Below the pieces are notes generated by a model. That model was given only the letters and a program-made list of their open reading frames with translations, ran no database searches and was not told where the DNA came from. Source: Felis catus (lineage: Eukaryota). Taken from it: a stretch of DNA of 64,000 nucleotides. A program made the translations under genes and the position numbers. The stretch's first letter is position 1. The number at the start of each line of letters is the position of its first letter. Shown here piece by piece: positions 1-14,400 of the stretch. Location: contig NC_058368.1 in assembly GCF_018350175.1 (NCBI RefSeq), positions 22,756,001 through 22,820,000 of the forward strand, in the 5' to 3' direction.

Positions 1-230
1 CGCCTTGGCCGAGGAGGAACTTCCTGTCTGAGTTGGAAGGCGAGTTCAGAGCGAACTTTTTGTTTTTGTTCTTTGGGAAGTTACATAAAATGTCAGAACA
101 ACTCGAGTCCAGGATTGTCACAAAATGCATGTCACAGCGCTGCCTCGTACCGCGCTTGGCGACTTAGTCTTTCTTAGAGGTGAATGAAACTGCTTAGGCT
201 TGACGCTCTTTCCCCCCAGACTCGAATGAC
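1..230. promoter_or_regulatory. RCBTB2: CpG-enriched edge, probably the 3' shore of the RCBTB2 promoter CpG island (start of intron 1)
   Basis: Several CpGs (cgcc, gccg, ggcg, gcga, ccgcgc) against a CpG-depleted background; ETS-like ACTTCCTG at 19-26; upstream of all RCBTB2 exons found. Exon 1 itself not seen. Confidence 0.45.
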
Positions 231-699
231 AGGCACTGTTTAATGTTTACTGAGCCTCCTGGCTTTGCACACTTCTAGTACCAAGTTCCTGCTTGGCTTT
301 ACACCTTTCTGCGCAGTGGTACTGAGTTAAGTCAGTTTCGTGACTCCTGAGGCTACTTGGAACGGTTTTTGACGATGTCATTACTGTGCCTTGTAATCTT
401 ATATGGTGTGCTGATACGGACATTTGGGGGCTAGTAAGTAGAAGAAGCACTTACTATCAGGGAATCTGAGTACTCTAGGTGAAAGGTAATCTATTTCCCA
501 GGGCATTAGGCAGTGTGTACATGTTATTAAGTAGTAAGTAAAGGCAATTGAAATGATACGTTCTTGCACACCCCACTTCCACCATGCAGGCCTCTTTGGG
601 CCCAAGTGGGCCTCCAGCCTGGAGCCTAGGCATTTGCTAATTACGCCATCCTCAAAGCCCACTTTCCTCGTCCACCCAATGTGTATGGCACCCACCTTC

Positions 700-1150
700 A
701 TTCAAGCCTCAATTGCCTTCACTTTAGAGAGGTGGCTTCCTCATTTAAAATGGCCACTGCTGGCTGTCTCTCCAGCCTCTTACCCTGTTGTTCTCTTTGG
801 CTCTGTAGCACTTACCACTGTCTGATATTATGTATTTGTATGTGTATGCTCTGTCTCCCTTATATTCAGAGCGTATTTTGTACTGAATTCTCAATGTGAA
901 TTCACGCATTCATTCGACAAATATTGAGTGACTACCTTGCATCAGGTCGTGTCCAGGTGTTTGGGATATGTACGTGAACAAAATAGACAAAGATCTCTTC
1001 CCTCTGGAGCTTAATGTTCTAGAGAAGAATGATTGACAATAAACATATTTGATTATCGTGTTAGAAAATTGTGCTATGAAAAATGAAAAAGGAGAGCAGG
1101 GAAAGAGGCCTGAGAGTACAGGTGTGGGTTGCAATTTTATAGAGGATGGT
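700..1150. mobile_element. Old L2 LINE fragments
   Basis: L2-like 3' motif 'cattcattcgacaaatattgagtgactacc...aacaaaatagacaaagatctcttccctctggagctta'. Boundaries approximate. Confidence 0.5.
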
Positions 1151-4100
1151 TATGGTGGATGCTTTTCTTTATTTGAAACTGGGTTGAAGATTCACCAGTA
1201 TGATGTCATGCTTTAAGGTATTAAATTATTGCTCTTAGAGATTTCTGAATGAACCAGGCAAGACTTAGACAAAGAGGCTGATAGATAGTAAGGTGTGTTT
1301 TTCCTTTGGGTCCTTTACTTCAGAAGGGTACAAACACTGTGTTTAAACATCAAAAACTATTAATCTGGAGCTATACATTTAGGGTACTTATGGGGTTTGT
1401 CTGTCTTTAGGAGTTTGTCATGTTTAATTTTGGTTTTATCACTTGGTTAAAGTGAAATTACAATGCCCCTAAGATACCACTACTTTTGAAGTTTACTGGA
1501 GTTGTATTGGTATAAACCAAAATAGACCAGACGAGAGATTTGAGACCAGGAGTGGAATTATCAGGGTTGCAGAATGACATCAAAGATTCCCATTTGGGGC
1601 TGCATGGGGATATTTACTTCAAAGGAGCAGATAGCTTGCCTTTCTGAAAGGGATATTTATAGTGTCCTTCAGTGGAAGGCAGATGTCCTTCTCACTTTCA
1701 TTATCCAGAAGGAATATGTGCCTAGTTCACATGGTGATCCCATCTTAACAATATGAGAGGAAACTTAAGGGATAGTAGGGTTTTTTTCCAGCATTTATCT
1801 GACAACGAAGCATGTGTCTTATGTGTCTTCAGCCTTACTAATCTAACCTGAGCTATTATCTATTATGTATATCTCTCCATGGAAGACGTTTTGAGCTAAC
1901 AAGTACCAGTGGATAACAGATAGTAAGTAAATCATAAATAGTGATCACATTATATGTTCTGTATTGTAATGAATGTATATGATACTGAACAAAATGAATC
2001 CCAAATGGAAATGAGCCAAGGCTAAGAGAGCCTACCCTGCTGAAGGAATGTTTATGTTGTGGGATAAGGATCTTTCACAATTAGGATTCTATTTCGTAGG
2101 CATGTTAGGATTTTTTTTTAACTGTACTATATCTATAAGGACCTAAATTTCAAGTGGATTTACAAATGTCTCAAGTATCAACTTATTTTAGGTAGTATAA
2201 CAACAGAAAAACATCAATATATCTTGATAATTTTTCATATTTGAAAGGGGCACTTTTGCTGTGTGTAGTTGAAAAGGCTGACTTTGACGAGCTTGGTAAT
2301 CTCTTCAAACTAAATACAAATTTGCTTGGGACTGAAGATCTGCCTCATCTCTCTTAATGAAATTTGAAACCCTTCCTTTATATAAACCTAATTAAAGTGG
2401 CAATGATGTTTGTGTGTTCTAAAAGTCAGTTTGATGCTTATCGTAAACATGGCAATATCATTTCCTTTGAGGTGGTACCTTACTTTTAGTTGTGATTTTA
2501 GTTTTTCAGTTTTGTCCATCCTATTTTTAATTGCCTCACATTAGTTAGCAGCTGTGTAGGTGTTTTACTATTGTCACAGGCTTAGGACCTCTCATTCAAG
2601 TGGAGGTAAATTATAGCTATCATCCTTTACAAATGATCATTGGGATCATCATTTCTTATATTTTTATCATTCATAACTCACAGATGACATCCATTTAATG
2701 GTTCAGCTAGCATATAGTTGGGAATCATCAGTACCCCATTGACATTTACTTTGCCTGGAGCTCATTAACACGCTGTAAACTGTGTGTTGGCATCCTAAAA
2801 GACATTAGTTTTCTTTAATGTCCTACTTCTTTGATTATAAAAGCATCATCAACTGTGTTGCCCAGATGGGGGAATTTGTTAAAGGAACTGAGTTCTATAT
2901 TGCAAGGACACTTTTTTATATATTATATTTTTAAAGCACAGCTTTGAAGTTGACCTCATATTATTAAATTGGATTAAAAAGATATATAACACTGGGCTTT
3001 ATTTGCAGAAATTACTGTGTTTTTCTTTTTTTTCTTCAGGGATTACTTGTAAAGAATGGTTATCAGCTTTTAGAAGCTCCTGATCAATTGCAAAATATCC
3101 GTTTCCATGGAAAATGCTTTGCTTTCATAGATACAATGTGTCTTGGTTATTAGCTCTTAAGGCCCACAAGTACCATTGTGTTGGGGTAATGTTGACACAA
3201 GCACCTGGGAGGTGGTTATCCTTTTGCTCCATATTATTTTGTTTTTTCTTTTATGTATTTACTTTGGCTTAGTGCCTTCTGCAGGTACCAAATCAACATG
3301 TGTTGAATAAATTAGGCAAACGAACGTATGTCCTATAATCAGCTTAACTCTTTATTTGGGTCAGAGGTATTACCAAGTAATATGACACATTGTCCTACTA
3401 GTAAACACACTGATTAACATTGATTGCCAACAATAATATGTAAAGGCTACCTATTATATGCTTTGTGCAGGGAACTGAATTATTTGATCTGCTCTTTGAG
3501 AGGATTAGGAGTTGATATGTTTATCATGTTCAGTTATCAAAAGACTGTCTTCTTATCCACCAGTCTTCAACTGTGTAGTTATTCAGAGTGTAGGGAAAGC
3601 TCTCAAAATACAGTCTATAAGAATAAGAACTTATCTGTTCCAAACAAGGATAATTTGGAAATAAACTGTTGAACTATACAAGTTTAAGAAAACAGATATA
3701 ATAGGAAATGTTAGGGGGGGGTGGTCCAAGATGGTGGGTGTACTCAGCTCCTCCCGTGGACATACCAAATCTACAGCTACGTATGGAAAAATTCCCTCTG
3801 AAAAAGACCTGAGAACTAGCCGAATAGCTTCTTCACATCAAAGCAGTAAAAGGGTCACGTGTGAGACAGTCTCACCAAAAACCCCACTGCCAGAGTGGTG
3901 ACCCACAGTTGGGAGGAATCTCACAAATCTGGAGCTTCTCCTTGATGAATGAGGGGTTTATGCCCCACATCAGGCACCGCAATCCCTGGGACCTGCAGTG
4001 AAGAGATGAGCCCTCCAAACATCTAGCTTTGAAAACCAGATGGAAAATGGATCTCACAACCAGGAGACCCAAAAGCCTATATAGCAGAACTGAGATATTT

Positions 4101-6225
4101 CTCGGAAAGGGCTTGCATGCAGACTCACTCAGGAACCAGCACAAAAGCAGCAGTTTGAAAAGCGCCTAGACTATGTGTGAAAATTTATTTTCTAATCTTA
4201 AAGCATCTGCTGGAGGGGCAGGGACCAGTTGGGACTCTGTCTGGGGACAGATGTGCTGGTGTGTACTATTTTGCACTCTTGCTCTACCTAGATACCATGG
4301 GCAGGCATGGTTGTTTTTCCTGGGTTCCATGGGCCTGTAATAAATGGAGAGACAGTTCTCGATAGGCTGTCACCCCCAGGGCACTGCACAGACAGCAGAC
4401 TGAAACACACCCCCAGTCTGTTTGTGAAAAAGGCCTATTTACTTGTTCTGACACTTCAGCCTGAGGGGCAGACTTCAGGTCTGCCACATAAGTAGAGGCC
4501 TACAAATGTGCTCTCAGGGAATATAGGCAAGGGGATGCCATCTTTGTGCTTTCCCTTAGCCTCATTACTGTTTGCCAGGGCCTCCCAGAAAGGAGCTTAT
4601 GCAATGGTCTGCAACTGTCACTCAGGGGACAGTCAGATTGCTTACATTAAGAGAGTCTATACTTGTTTCATAGGACTGTATGTATTTGCATACTCTAAAA
4701 GCTGCTGCCTGAGGGTCTGGCTTCCAATCAGCCTAAAACTAGGTGCTGACTGAGATTCCCCCCTTTGGAACACGGACAGTTCTTGGCATACCTTCAAAAA
4801 CTGGGACCTATCAAGAATAAATCAGACTCCTTAGACAGTCATAATGGTTCAAGAGACAACCAAGAGCTAGGGCAAAGTTTAAAGATAAAGTTCATCTGTA
4901 CAAAGCTGCTTTAAGACTGGGAAAGGTAGTTGTTTCTCTCATTAGATATAAACTAACACAGAGGGTGAAGCAAAATGAAAAAGGATTATGTTACAAATGA
5001 AGGAACAAGGTAAAACCTCAGGGGGACCAAAAAAAGACACCCTCAAAAACCTTAAAGTGGATGTAATTTACCTGGTAAAGAATTCAAATTAATGGTCAAA
5101 AAGATGTTCACCTAAATTGGGAGAAGAATGAATGAACACAGTGAGAACTTCAATAAAGAGAAAATATAAGAAAGTACCAACTGAAGTCACAGAGCTGAAG
5201 AATACAATAACTGAACTGAAAAATACGCTAGAGGGGGTTCAACAGCAGGCTATATGAAGCAGAAGAAACTATTGGTAATCAAGAAGACAGGGGAGTGGAA
5301 CTTACTTAAACAGAACAGCAAAAAGGAAAAAAAATAAAAAATGAGATAGCTTAAAGAAGCTATGAGACAACATAGAGTAGCGTTAGCATTATAGGGGGTC
5401 GCAGAAGGAGAAAAGAGAGACAAAGGATCAGAAAAATCATGTGGAGATTAAACAGCATTCTGCTGACCAATGGGTCAATCAAAAGACTCAAAGGAGAAAA
5501 AACAAAACAAAACCTTGAGAAATGAAAATGGAAATATAACTTACAAGATCTATGTGATTCATCAAAAGTAGTTATAAGAGGGAAGTTCATAAGGATTCAG
5601 ACCTACCTGAATAAACATGAAAAATCTCAAACAACTTAACTTTATGCTTAAAGAAGCTAGAAAAGAACAAATGAAGCCAAACATAGTAGAAGGAAGGAAA
5701 TAACAAAGATCAGAGTGCAAATGAAACGGAAACAAAAAATAATAGAAAAGATCAATGAAACTAAAACCTGTTTCTTTGAAAAGACAAACAAAAGGTTGCC
5801 AAACCTTTGGCTAGACTCACCAAGAAAAAAAAAGAGACGGTTCAAATAAAATCAGAAATGAAAGAGCAGTTACAACTGATACCACAAATGCAGTAGACCA
5901 TAAGAGACTGCTATGAAGAATTACAGCTCAACAAATTGGACAATGAGAAGAAATGGATACATTCCTAGAAACTTTCCATGACTGAATCATGAAGAAATAG
6001 AAAATCTTAATAGACTGATTATGGTGTATTACAGTAAGGCAATTGTATCAGTCATCAAAAACTTCCCAACAAATAAAAGTTCATGACTTTGCTGGTAAAC
6101 ATTTAAAGAAGATTTAATATCTGTCCTTCTTAACCTCTTCCAAAATATTAAGGAGAAGGGAATGCTTCCAAACTTATTTTACAAGGCCAGCATTACCTTG
6201 ATACCCAAACCAGACAAGGATATCA

Positions 6226-6278
6226 CAAAACAAAACAAAACAAAACAAAACAAAACAAAACAAAACAACAACAAAAAA
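6226..6278 (+). repeat. (CAAAA)n/(CAA)n microsatellite inside L1
   Basis: Direct reading. Confidence 0.9.
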
Positions 6279-6573
6279 GGATTTTACAGTTTACTATCCT
6301 TGATGAACAAAGATGCAAAAATTCTCATCAAAATATCTGCAAATACTCCACACAGATTATTAGCAAATATAACATGAATTCACTAATACATTAAAAAGAT
6401 CATATCATGATCAACTGGGATTTATTCCAGGGATCAAGGATGGCAACATTCACACATTAATCAACATGATACACCACATTAACAAAATAAAGGATAAAAA
6501 ATATATAATCATCTCAATAGATGCAGAAAAGCATTGAACAAAGTTCAACATCTATTTAAGAAAAAAACTGTCA

Positions 6574-6828
6574 GGGCGCCTGGGTCACTTAGTTGGCTAA
6601 GCTTCTCACTTCAGCTCAGGTCATGATCTCCCAGTTTGTGGGTTTGAGCCCTGCGTCAGGCTCTGTGTTGACAGCTCGGAGCCTGGAGCCTGCTTCGGAT
6701 TCTGTGTCTCCTTCTCTTTCTACCCTTTCCCTGGTCATGTTCGCTCGCTCTCTCTCTCTCTCTCTCTCAAATATAAATATTAAAAAGAAATGTTTAAAAA
6801 AATCTTAAAAAAAAAACAAAAACAAAAC
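6574..6828 (+). mobile_element. CAN-SINE nested in L1
   Basis: gggcgcctgggt head, tRNA-like body, (CT)n tract, A-rich tail. Confidence 0.9.
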
Positions 6829-7211
6829 TCTTATCAGAGTGGATAAAGAGGTAACATACCTCAACATAATAAAAGCCATATATGACAAGCCCAGAGCTCA
6901 CATCATACTCAATGATGAAAAGCTGAAAGCTTTTCTTTAAGATTAGGTAAAAGACAAAGATGCCTACTCTTGCCATTTTAATACAACATAGTGTTAGAAG
7001 TCCTAGAGCAATTAGGCAATAAATAAATAAATAAATAGCATGCAAATTGGAAAGAAAGAAACCTTTCACTATTTGTGACATGATTTCATATATAGAAAAC
7101 CATAAAGATACCACCAAAAAGCTGTTGGATTCTTTAATTCAGTAAAAAATAAATAAACGAATTCAGTAAAGTTTCAGGATATAAAATCAACATACAAAAA
7201 TCTGTTGCATT

Positions 7212-7404
7212 AAAAAACATATATTTTATTTTTGGGAGCGTGCAAGTGGGGGAGGGGCAGAGAGGGAGACAGAGGATCTGAAGTGGACTCTGCACTGACA
7301 GGCTGACAGTAGTGAGCCCGATGTGGGGTTCGAACTCATAAACCACGAGATCATGACCTGAGCCAAAGTCGGATGCTCAACCCACTGAGCCACCCAGGTG
7401 CCCC
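7212..7404 (-). mobile_element. CAN-SINE nested in L1
   Basis: Ends in gagccacccaggtgcccc; TSD atctgttgcatt at 7200 and 7405. Confidence 0.9.
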
Positions 7405-10123
7405 ATCTGTTGCATTTCTATACACTAACAAACTGTGAGAACGAGAAAATTTAAAAATCCCATTTACAATTACATCAAAAATAATAAAATACCTAAGAAT
7501 AAATTTAAGCAAGGAGGTGAAAGACTTGCACACTGAAAATTATAAGACACTGATGGAAGAAATTGATGAAGACACAAATAATTGGAAAGATATCCCATGC
7601 TTATGGATTGGAAGAATTAATATTGTTAAAATGTCCCCATTACTCAAAGCAATATATAGATTCAATGCAATTCCTATCAGTCCCAAGGGCATTTTTCACA
7701 GAAGTATAACAAATAATCCTAAAATTTGTATGAGACCCTGTGTAGCCAAAGCAATCTTGAAAAAGAAGGGCAAGGCTGGAGGTATCATGTTTCCTGATTT
7801 CAACCAAATTATGAAGCCATAGTAATCAAAACAGGATGATATTGGCATAAAATCAGACTCCTAGACCAATGAAACAGAATAGAGAGCCCAGAAATAAACC
7901 TATGCATATGTTCAATTAATTTCTGCCCCACAATGCAAGAATATACAATGGGGATAAGGACAGCCTCTTTAATAAGTGGTGTTGGGAAAACTGGATAATT
8001 ATATGCAAAAGAATGAAACTAGATTACTTAAACTATATACAAAAATTAGCTCAAAATGAACTAAAGACTAGAATGTAAGACTTGAAACCATACAACTAGG
8101 GGAAAACATAGGCAGTAAGCCTCTTGGTATTGGTCTTGGCAGTGTTTTTTGGATCTGACACCAAAAGCAAAAATAAACAAGTGGAACTACATCAAACCTA
8201 AAAAGCTTCTGCACAGCAAAGGAAACCATCAACAAAATGAAAAGGCAACCTACAAAATGGGAAAAAAATATTTGCAAATCATATATTTGATAAGGACTTA
8301 ATATTCAAATATGAAGAACTCGTATAACTCAATAGCAAATAAACAATTAAAAATGGGCACAGGATCTGAATAGACATTTTTCCAAAGGAGACATACAGAT
8401 GGCCAACAGGCACAGGAAAAGATGCTCAACATCACTAATCATCAGAGAAATGCAAGTCAAAACCACAATGACATGTCACCTCGCACCTGTTGAATGGCTG
8501 TTATCAGTATGCCAGGAAATAACAAGTGTTGGCAAGGTTGTGAAGAAAAGGGAACCCTTGTGCCTTGTTGGTGGGAATGTCAGTTGTGCAGCCACTATGG
8601 AAAACAGGTTCCTCAAAAAAGTTGCATATGATCCAGCAATTCCATTTCTGGGTTTTTACTGAAAGAAAATGAAAACACTAAATTGAAAAGATATATTCAC
8701 CCCTGTGTTCATTGCAGCATTATTTACAAGAGCCAGCATATAAAAACAACCTAAGTGCCCACAGATAGATGAATGGATAAAGAACGTGTGGTATATATAC
8801 ACAACAGAATACTACTTAGCCATAGAAAAGAATGAGATCTTGCCATTTGAAACAACATGGATGGACCTAGAGGCCACTATGCTAAGTGAAATAAATCAGA
8901 GAAAGGCAAATACTGTACGATCTCACTTATATGTGGAATCTAAGTAATACAACAAACAAAAGTTATAGAGATGGAGAAAAGGGTGGTGGTTGCCAGGAGT
9001 GAGGGGGTTGGGGGAGCGATGAAATGAATGAAGGGGGTTCCGAGGTACAGACTTAAGGGTATGAAATGAATACGACATGGAGTGTGATGTGCAGCATGGT
9101 GACTATAGTCAATAATATTGTAGGTACATATTTTGAGTGTTGCCAGAAGAGTAGATCTTGAAAGTTCTCATAAGAAACAAATTTTTTTCTTGTAACTTAT
9201 GGTGGTGAATAGATTTATTGTGGTGACCATTTCACAGTGTATACAGATATTGAATCATTATGTTATACACCTGAAAGTAATGTTGCATGTCAATTACACC
9301 TCAATAAAAAAGAGAAAATAATAGAAATATCAGCACAGAACTAGTGCGACTCAAAACAAGATCAGATCTTGTTACTTTTCTGCTCAAACCTGCTTAGCTC
9401 AGAGCTTTAGCAGTGGATAGATTTTGTGTGTGGATCACTTTTGCTCTAGATGTACTCAGAGCTCACTTCTTCCTTTCTTCAAGTCTTTCCTTAGATATTA
9501 TATAGTCAGGGAAGCTCTCTGACCACCCTGTTCAAAATTGAAAACCTTATAATCAACCTCAAGACTCCTGATCCCTCCTATCTTGCTCCATTTTCATTTT
9601 TATGGCACCATCACTTTTCAATATACAGTATAATGTACCTATTATGATTGTTAGCTTCCCACATTGGAATGAAACTTGCACAGAGCAAAAGCAAAAAAAA
9701 AAAAAAAAACAACAACAACAACAACAAAAAACAAAAAACGAAATGTTATACAAAAAAATTACCTTTGTTGATGTATATTTGCTTTTGAAAATTACTGTTG
9801 CAAAAACTTGAAACATTGGCCCTGTGAGTATCCAATTTAGGTCCTCTAAAGGCAGAGATCAGTGGTAGGAGTTTCTTCTTTGAAAAGGCATTCTCTCATT
9901 TTCTTTTTATATTGCAAAGCAAATGTGAGTATGGTATGATTCTGTAATAACATAGTTCTTATTACATTCCAAAAAAAGGAAATTCATAAGAAACTGTTTT
10001 GCGAAGCATAGGCACTTATTAATATGAATAATTAACAACATACATGAGTCAAGCTGTAAGTGTGAAAACACATGTAAGGAAAAAAACAGTAAATAACATG
10101 TAAGAATTGTATGGAATAATCTT

Positions 10124-10344
10124 TTTTTTTTTTTACATTCATTTATTTTTGAGAAACAGAGTGAGACAAAGTGTGAGCAGGGGAGGGGCAGAGAGAGAGA
10201 GGGAAACACAGAATCTGAAGCAGGCTCCAAGCTCTGAGCAAGCGGTCAGCACTGAGCCTGATGTGGGGCTCGAACCCACAAACTGTGAGATCATGGCCTG
10301 AGCCGAAGTCGGACGCTCAACTGACTGAGCCACCCAGGCACCCC
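10124..10344 (-). mobile_element. CAN-SINE
   Basis: T-tail, body, cacccaggcacccc end; TSD tgtatggaat(a/g)atctt. Confidence 0.9.
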
Positions 10345-10508
10345 ATGTATGGAATGATCTTAATCTGTGACACTCTATCACTGTGAAGAGATCTTCCTAA
10401 TACAGATGCCAACCTCTTCTCTATAAGAGAAGAAGAGGTCTATAAGAGGTCTATAAGAAACATTGCCCTCCTGTGCAGAAAAGGGGGAAATTTGTAAACA
10501 GTTTTATT

Positions 10509-10788
10509 GTATTGCATTGTATTGTATTTATTTTATTTTACTTCATTTCATTTTATTTTATTATTTTATTTTAATTTAATTTTGGTTTTTAAGTTTATTT
10601 TGAAAGAGAGCACACGCATGTGCATGATTGGGGGAGGAGCAGAGAGAGAGAGGGAGAGGGAATCCCAAGCAGGCTCCATGCTGTCAATGAGGAACCTGAC
10701 TCAGGGTTCAATCCCACAAACTGTGAGATCATGTCCTGAGCTGAAACCAAGAGTCAGACGCTTAACTGACTGTGCCACCCAGGTACCT
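10509..10788 (-). mobile_element. CAN-SINE whose tail has expanded into an (ATTTT)n-like repeat
   Basis: TSD aaacagttttatt on both sides, enclosing the AT-rich repeat and the SINE body. Confidence 0.85.
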
Positions 10789-10811
10789 CAACAGTTTTAT
10801 TTTAAAAAAAA

Positions 10812-11457
10812 ATTTTTTTCAAGTTTTTATCTAAATTGCAGTTAGCTAATATACAGTGTAATACTACTTTCAGGTGTAGAATTTAGTGATTCATCACTTA
10901 CATACAACACCCAGTGCTTATCACTAGTGCCCTTCTTAATATCCATTACCTATTCAACTGCCATCCTCTCTTCCAGCAACCCTCAGTTTGTTCTCTTTAG
11001 TTAAGAGTCTGTTTTCTGGTTTGCCTTCCCCCCCCGCCCCCCGCCAGCCCACATTCATCTGTTTTGTTTCTTAAATTCCACATGAGTGAAATCATATGGT
11101 ATTTTTCTCTGACCAACTTATTTTGCTTAGTTTAATACTCTCTAGCTCTACCACGTCATTGTAAATGGCAAGATTTCATTCTTTTTGATGGCTGAGTAAT
11201 ATTCCATATATATATGTGTCTGTGTGTGTATATATATATGTATGTATATGTATATACACACATACATACACACACATACATGCATACACACACCACGTCT
11301 TCTTTATCCATTCATCAGACAGTGGACATTTGGGCTCTTTCCATAATTTTGCTATTGTTAATAATGCTGCTATAAACATTGGTGTGCTTATATCCCCTCG
11401 AATCAGTATTTTTTGTATTCTTGGGGTAAATACATAGTAGTGTAATTGCTGGATCAT
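10812..11457 (-). mobile_element. 5'-truncated carnivore L1 3' fragment with an internal TA/CA microsatellite
   Basis: ORF2 C-terminal peptide [21 protein letters not shown] plus L1 3'UTR. Confidence 0.9.
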
Positions 11458-14400
11458 TGTAAGCAGTTTTGGACCAGAAGTAGAAAATACATTTTTGCCA
11501 TTCTAATATGCTAATAGTAAACTTTTTGTCTATTTTGAAATTTCTTCCATGGCATTTAAGATACTATAGTTTGTCCATGTTATCTTCTTTTGGTATTGAT
11601 AAAATTTTCTTTTTCTGATGGCAAAAGAGATTGTGGTTTATGAGTTGTGATTATCAAGACTTTATTGAATTCTTATGTTGATGGTAGAGGCAATATTAGA
11701 ATGGATGTATTTTGACTCCAAAATGGTGTTTTCTTTAACATTGGGTAACTATTCTCCTATACTCAGATTATTAATATAATTTAAGTTTAATATCTTGAAA
11801 ACTGCCTTCTCAGATGGAAAAGCCAATCATACCAATTCACTGAAAGAATTACATGGAAAATTTTATCTTTCGCATTACCCTTATCAAAACTTTCCTATTA
11901 AAAAAAATTCCCGTCAGACTCCACTCATGTATATGTCAGTATCCATGACACATTAAAATAGTATTGTCTTCTGCATGTTTTAAACTTTATTAAATTTGAT
12001 GAATTAATTTATCAAATAGTGTACCATCTGTATCATTCTGTGACTGAGTGGTTTTTGGCTAAATTATTTTGGAGATTTATCTGTGTTGATTCTGTCTAAT
12101 TTTAATTGCTGTATGGTATCCACATGCCACAGTTGATAAATTCTGTTGAGGAATCCTGTTGATCAATTCTGTTTGCTATTTCTAGTGTTCTTCTATTGCA
12201 AACAATTGTGAATATGCTCTAGAGTTTATCTAGGCCAGCACTGTCCAAGCTGTAAGGTGTGACTTCTAAGTGATCATGAAATTATTTTAGTGAGTCGAGA
12301 CCAGCATTTTCTTTTTTTTTTAATTTTATTTTTTTAATTTGCATCCAAATTAGTTAGCATATAGTACAACAATAATTTCAGGAGTAGATTCCCTAATGGC
12401 CCCTGCCCATTTAGCCCATCCCCCCCCCCCACAACCCCTCCAGTAACCCTCTGTTTGTGCTCCATATTTGAGTCTCTTATGTTTTGTCTCCCTCCCTGTT
12501 TTTATGTTATTTTTGCTTTCCTTCCCTTACGTTCATCTGTTCTGTGTCCTAAAGTCCTCATATGAGTGAAGTCATATTTGCCTGTCTCTGACTAATTTCG
12601 CTTAGCAATAATACCCTCCAGTTCCATCCACGTAGTTGCAAATGGCAAGATTTCATTCTTTTTGATTGCTGAGTAATAATCTATTGAATATATGTACCAC
12701 ATCTTCTTTATCCATTCATTCCTCGATGGACATTTGGGCTCTTTCCATAGTTTAGCTGTTGTTGATAGTGCTGCTATAAAAATTGGGGTGCGTGTGTCCC
12801 TTCGAAACAGCATACCTGTATCCCTGATAAATACCTAGTAGTGCAATTGATGGGTTGTAGGGTAGTTCTATTTGTAATTTTTTGAGGAACCTCCATACTG
12901 TTTTCCAGAGTGGCTGCACCAGCTTGCATTCCCACCAACAATGCAAAAGAGATCCTCTTTCTCCCCATCCTTGCCAACATCTGTTGTTGCCTGAGTTGTT
13001 AACTGTTAGCCATTCTGACAGGTGTAAGGTGGTATCTCATTGTGGTTTTGATTTTTATTTCCCTGATGATGAGTGATGTTGAGCAATTTTTCATGTGTCG
13101 GTTGGCCATCTGGATGTCTTCTTTGGAGAAGTGTCTATTCATGTGTTTTGCCCATTTCTTCACTGGATTACTTGTTTTTTTGGGTGTTGAGTTTGATAAG
13201 TTCTTTATAGATTTTGGATCCTAACCCTTTATCTGATATATCATTTGCAAATATCTTCTCCCATTCTGTCGGTTGCCTTTTAGTTTTGCTGATTGTTTCC
13301 TTCGCTGTGCAGAAGCTTTTTATTTTGATGAGGTCCCAGTAGTTCATTTTTGTGTTTATTTCCCTTGCCTCTGGAGACGTGTTGAGTAAGAAGTTGCTGT
13401 GGCCAACATCAAAGAGGTTTTTGCCTGCTTTCTCCTTGAGGATTTTGATGGCTTCCTGTCTTACATTGAGGTCTTCCATCCATTTTGAGTTTATTTTTAT
13501 GTATGGTATAAGAAAGTGGTCCAGGTTCATTTTTCTGCATGTCGCTGTTCATTTTTCCCAGAACCACTTGCTGAAGAGCCTGTCTTTAATTCCATTGGAT
13601 AATCTTTCCTGCTTTGTCAAAGATTAGTTGGCCATACCTTTGTGGGTCCATATCTGGGTTCCCTGTTCCATTGATCTGAGTGTCTGTTCTTGTGTCAGTA
13701 CCATACTGTCTTGATGATTACAGCTTTGTAGTATATAGCTTGAAGTCCGGGATTGTGATGCCTCCTGCTTTGGTTTTCTTTTTCAAGATTGCTTTGGCTA
13801 TTCAGGGTCTTCTCTGGTTCCATACAAATTTTAGGATTGTTTGTTCTAGCTCTGTGAAGAATGCTGGTGTTATTTTGATAGGGATTGCATTCAGTATGTA
13901 GATTGCTTTAGGTAGTATCTACATTTTAACAATATTTGTTCTTCCTATCCAGGAGCATGGAATCTTTTTCCATGTTTTTGTGTCTTCTTCAATTTCTTTC
14001 ATAAGCTTTCTATAGTTTTCAGTGTATAGATTTTTCACCTCTTTGGTTAGATTAATTCCTAGGTATTTTACGGGTTTTGGTGAAATTGTAAATGGGATCG
14101 ATTTCTTAATTTCTCTTTCTGTCGCTTCATTGTTGGTGTATAGGAATGCAACCGATTTCTGTGCATTGATTTTATATCATGCAACTTTGCTCTACTCATA
14201 AATCAGTTCTAGCAGTTTTCTGGTGGAATCTTTTGGATTTTGCATATAGAGTATAATGTCATCTGCAAAGAGTGAAAGTTTGACCTCCTCCTGGCCGATT
14301 TGGATGCCTTTTATTTCTTTGTGTTGTCTGATTGCAGAGGCTAAGACTTCCAATACTATGTTGAACAACAGTAGCGAGAGTGGACATCCCTGTCTTGTTC

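Larger units (their letters stand above)
3714..9312 (+). mobile_element. Old degenerate LINE-1 (L1MA-like 3' end), internally deleted, sense to RCBTB2
   Basis: 5' end GGGGGGGGTGGTCCAAGATGG; ORF1 remnants ~4970-5430 joined directly to post-endonuclease ORF2; ORF2 peptide fragments in the ORF track ([32 protein letters not shown]); 3' end 'gtcaattacacctcaataaaaa'; degenerate TSD-like ataataggaaatgtta / ataatagaaatatca. Confidence 0.9.
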
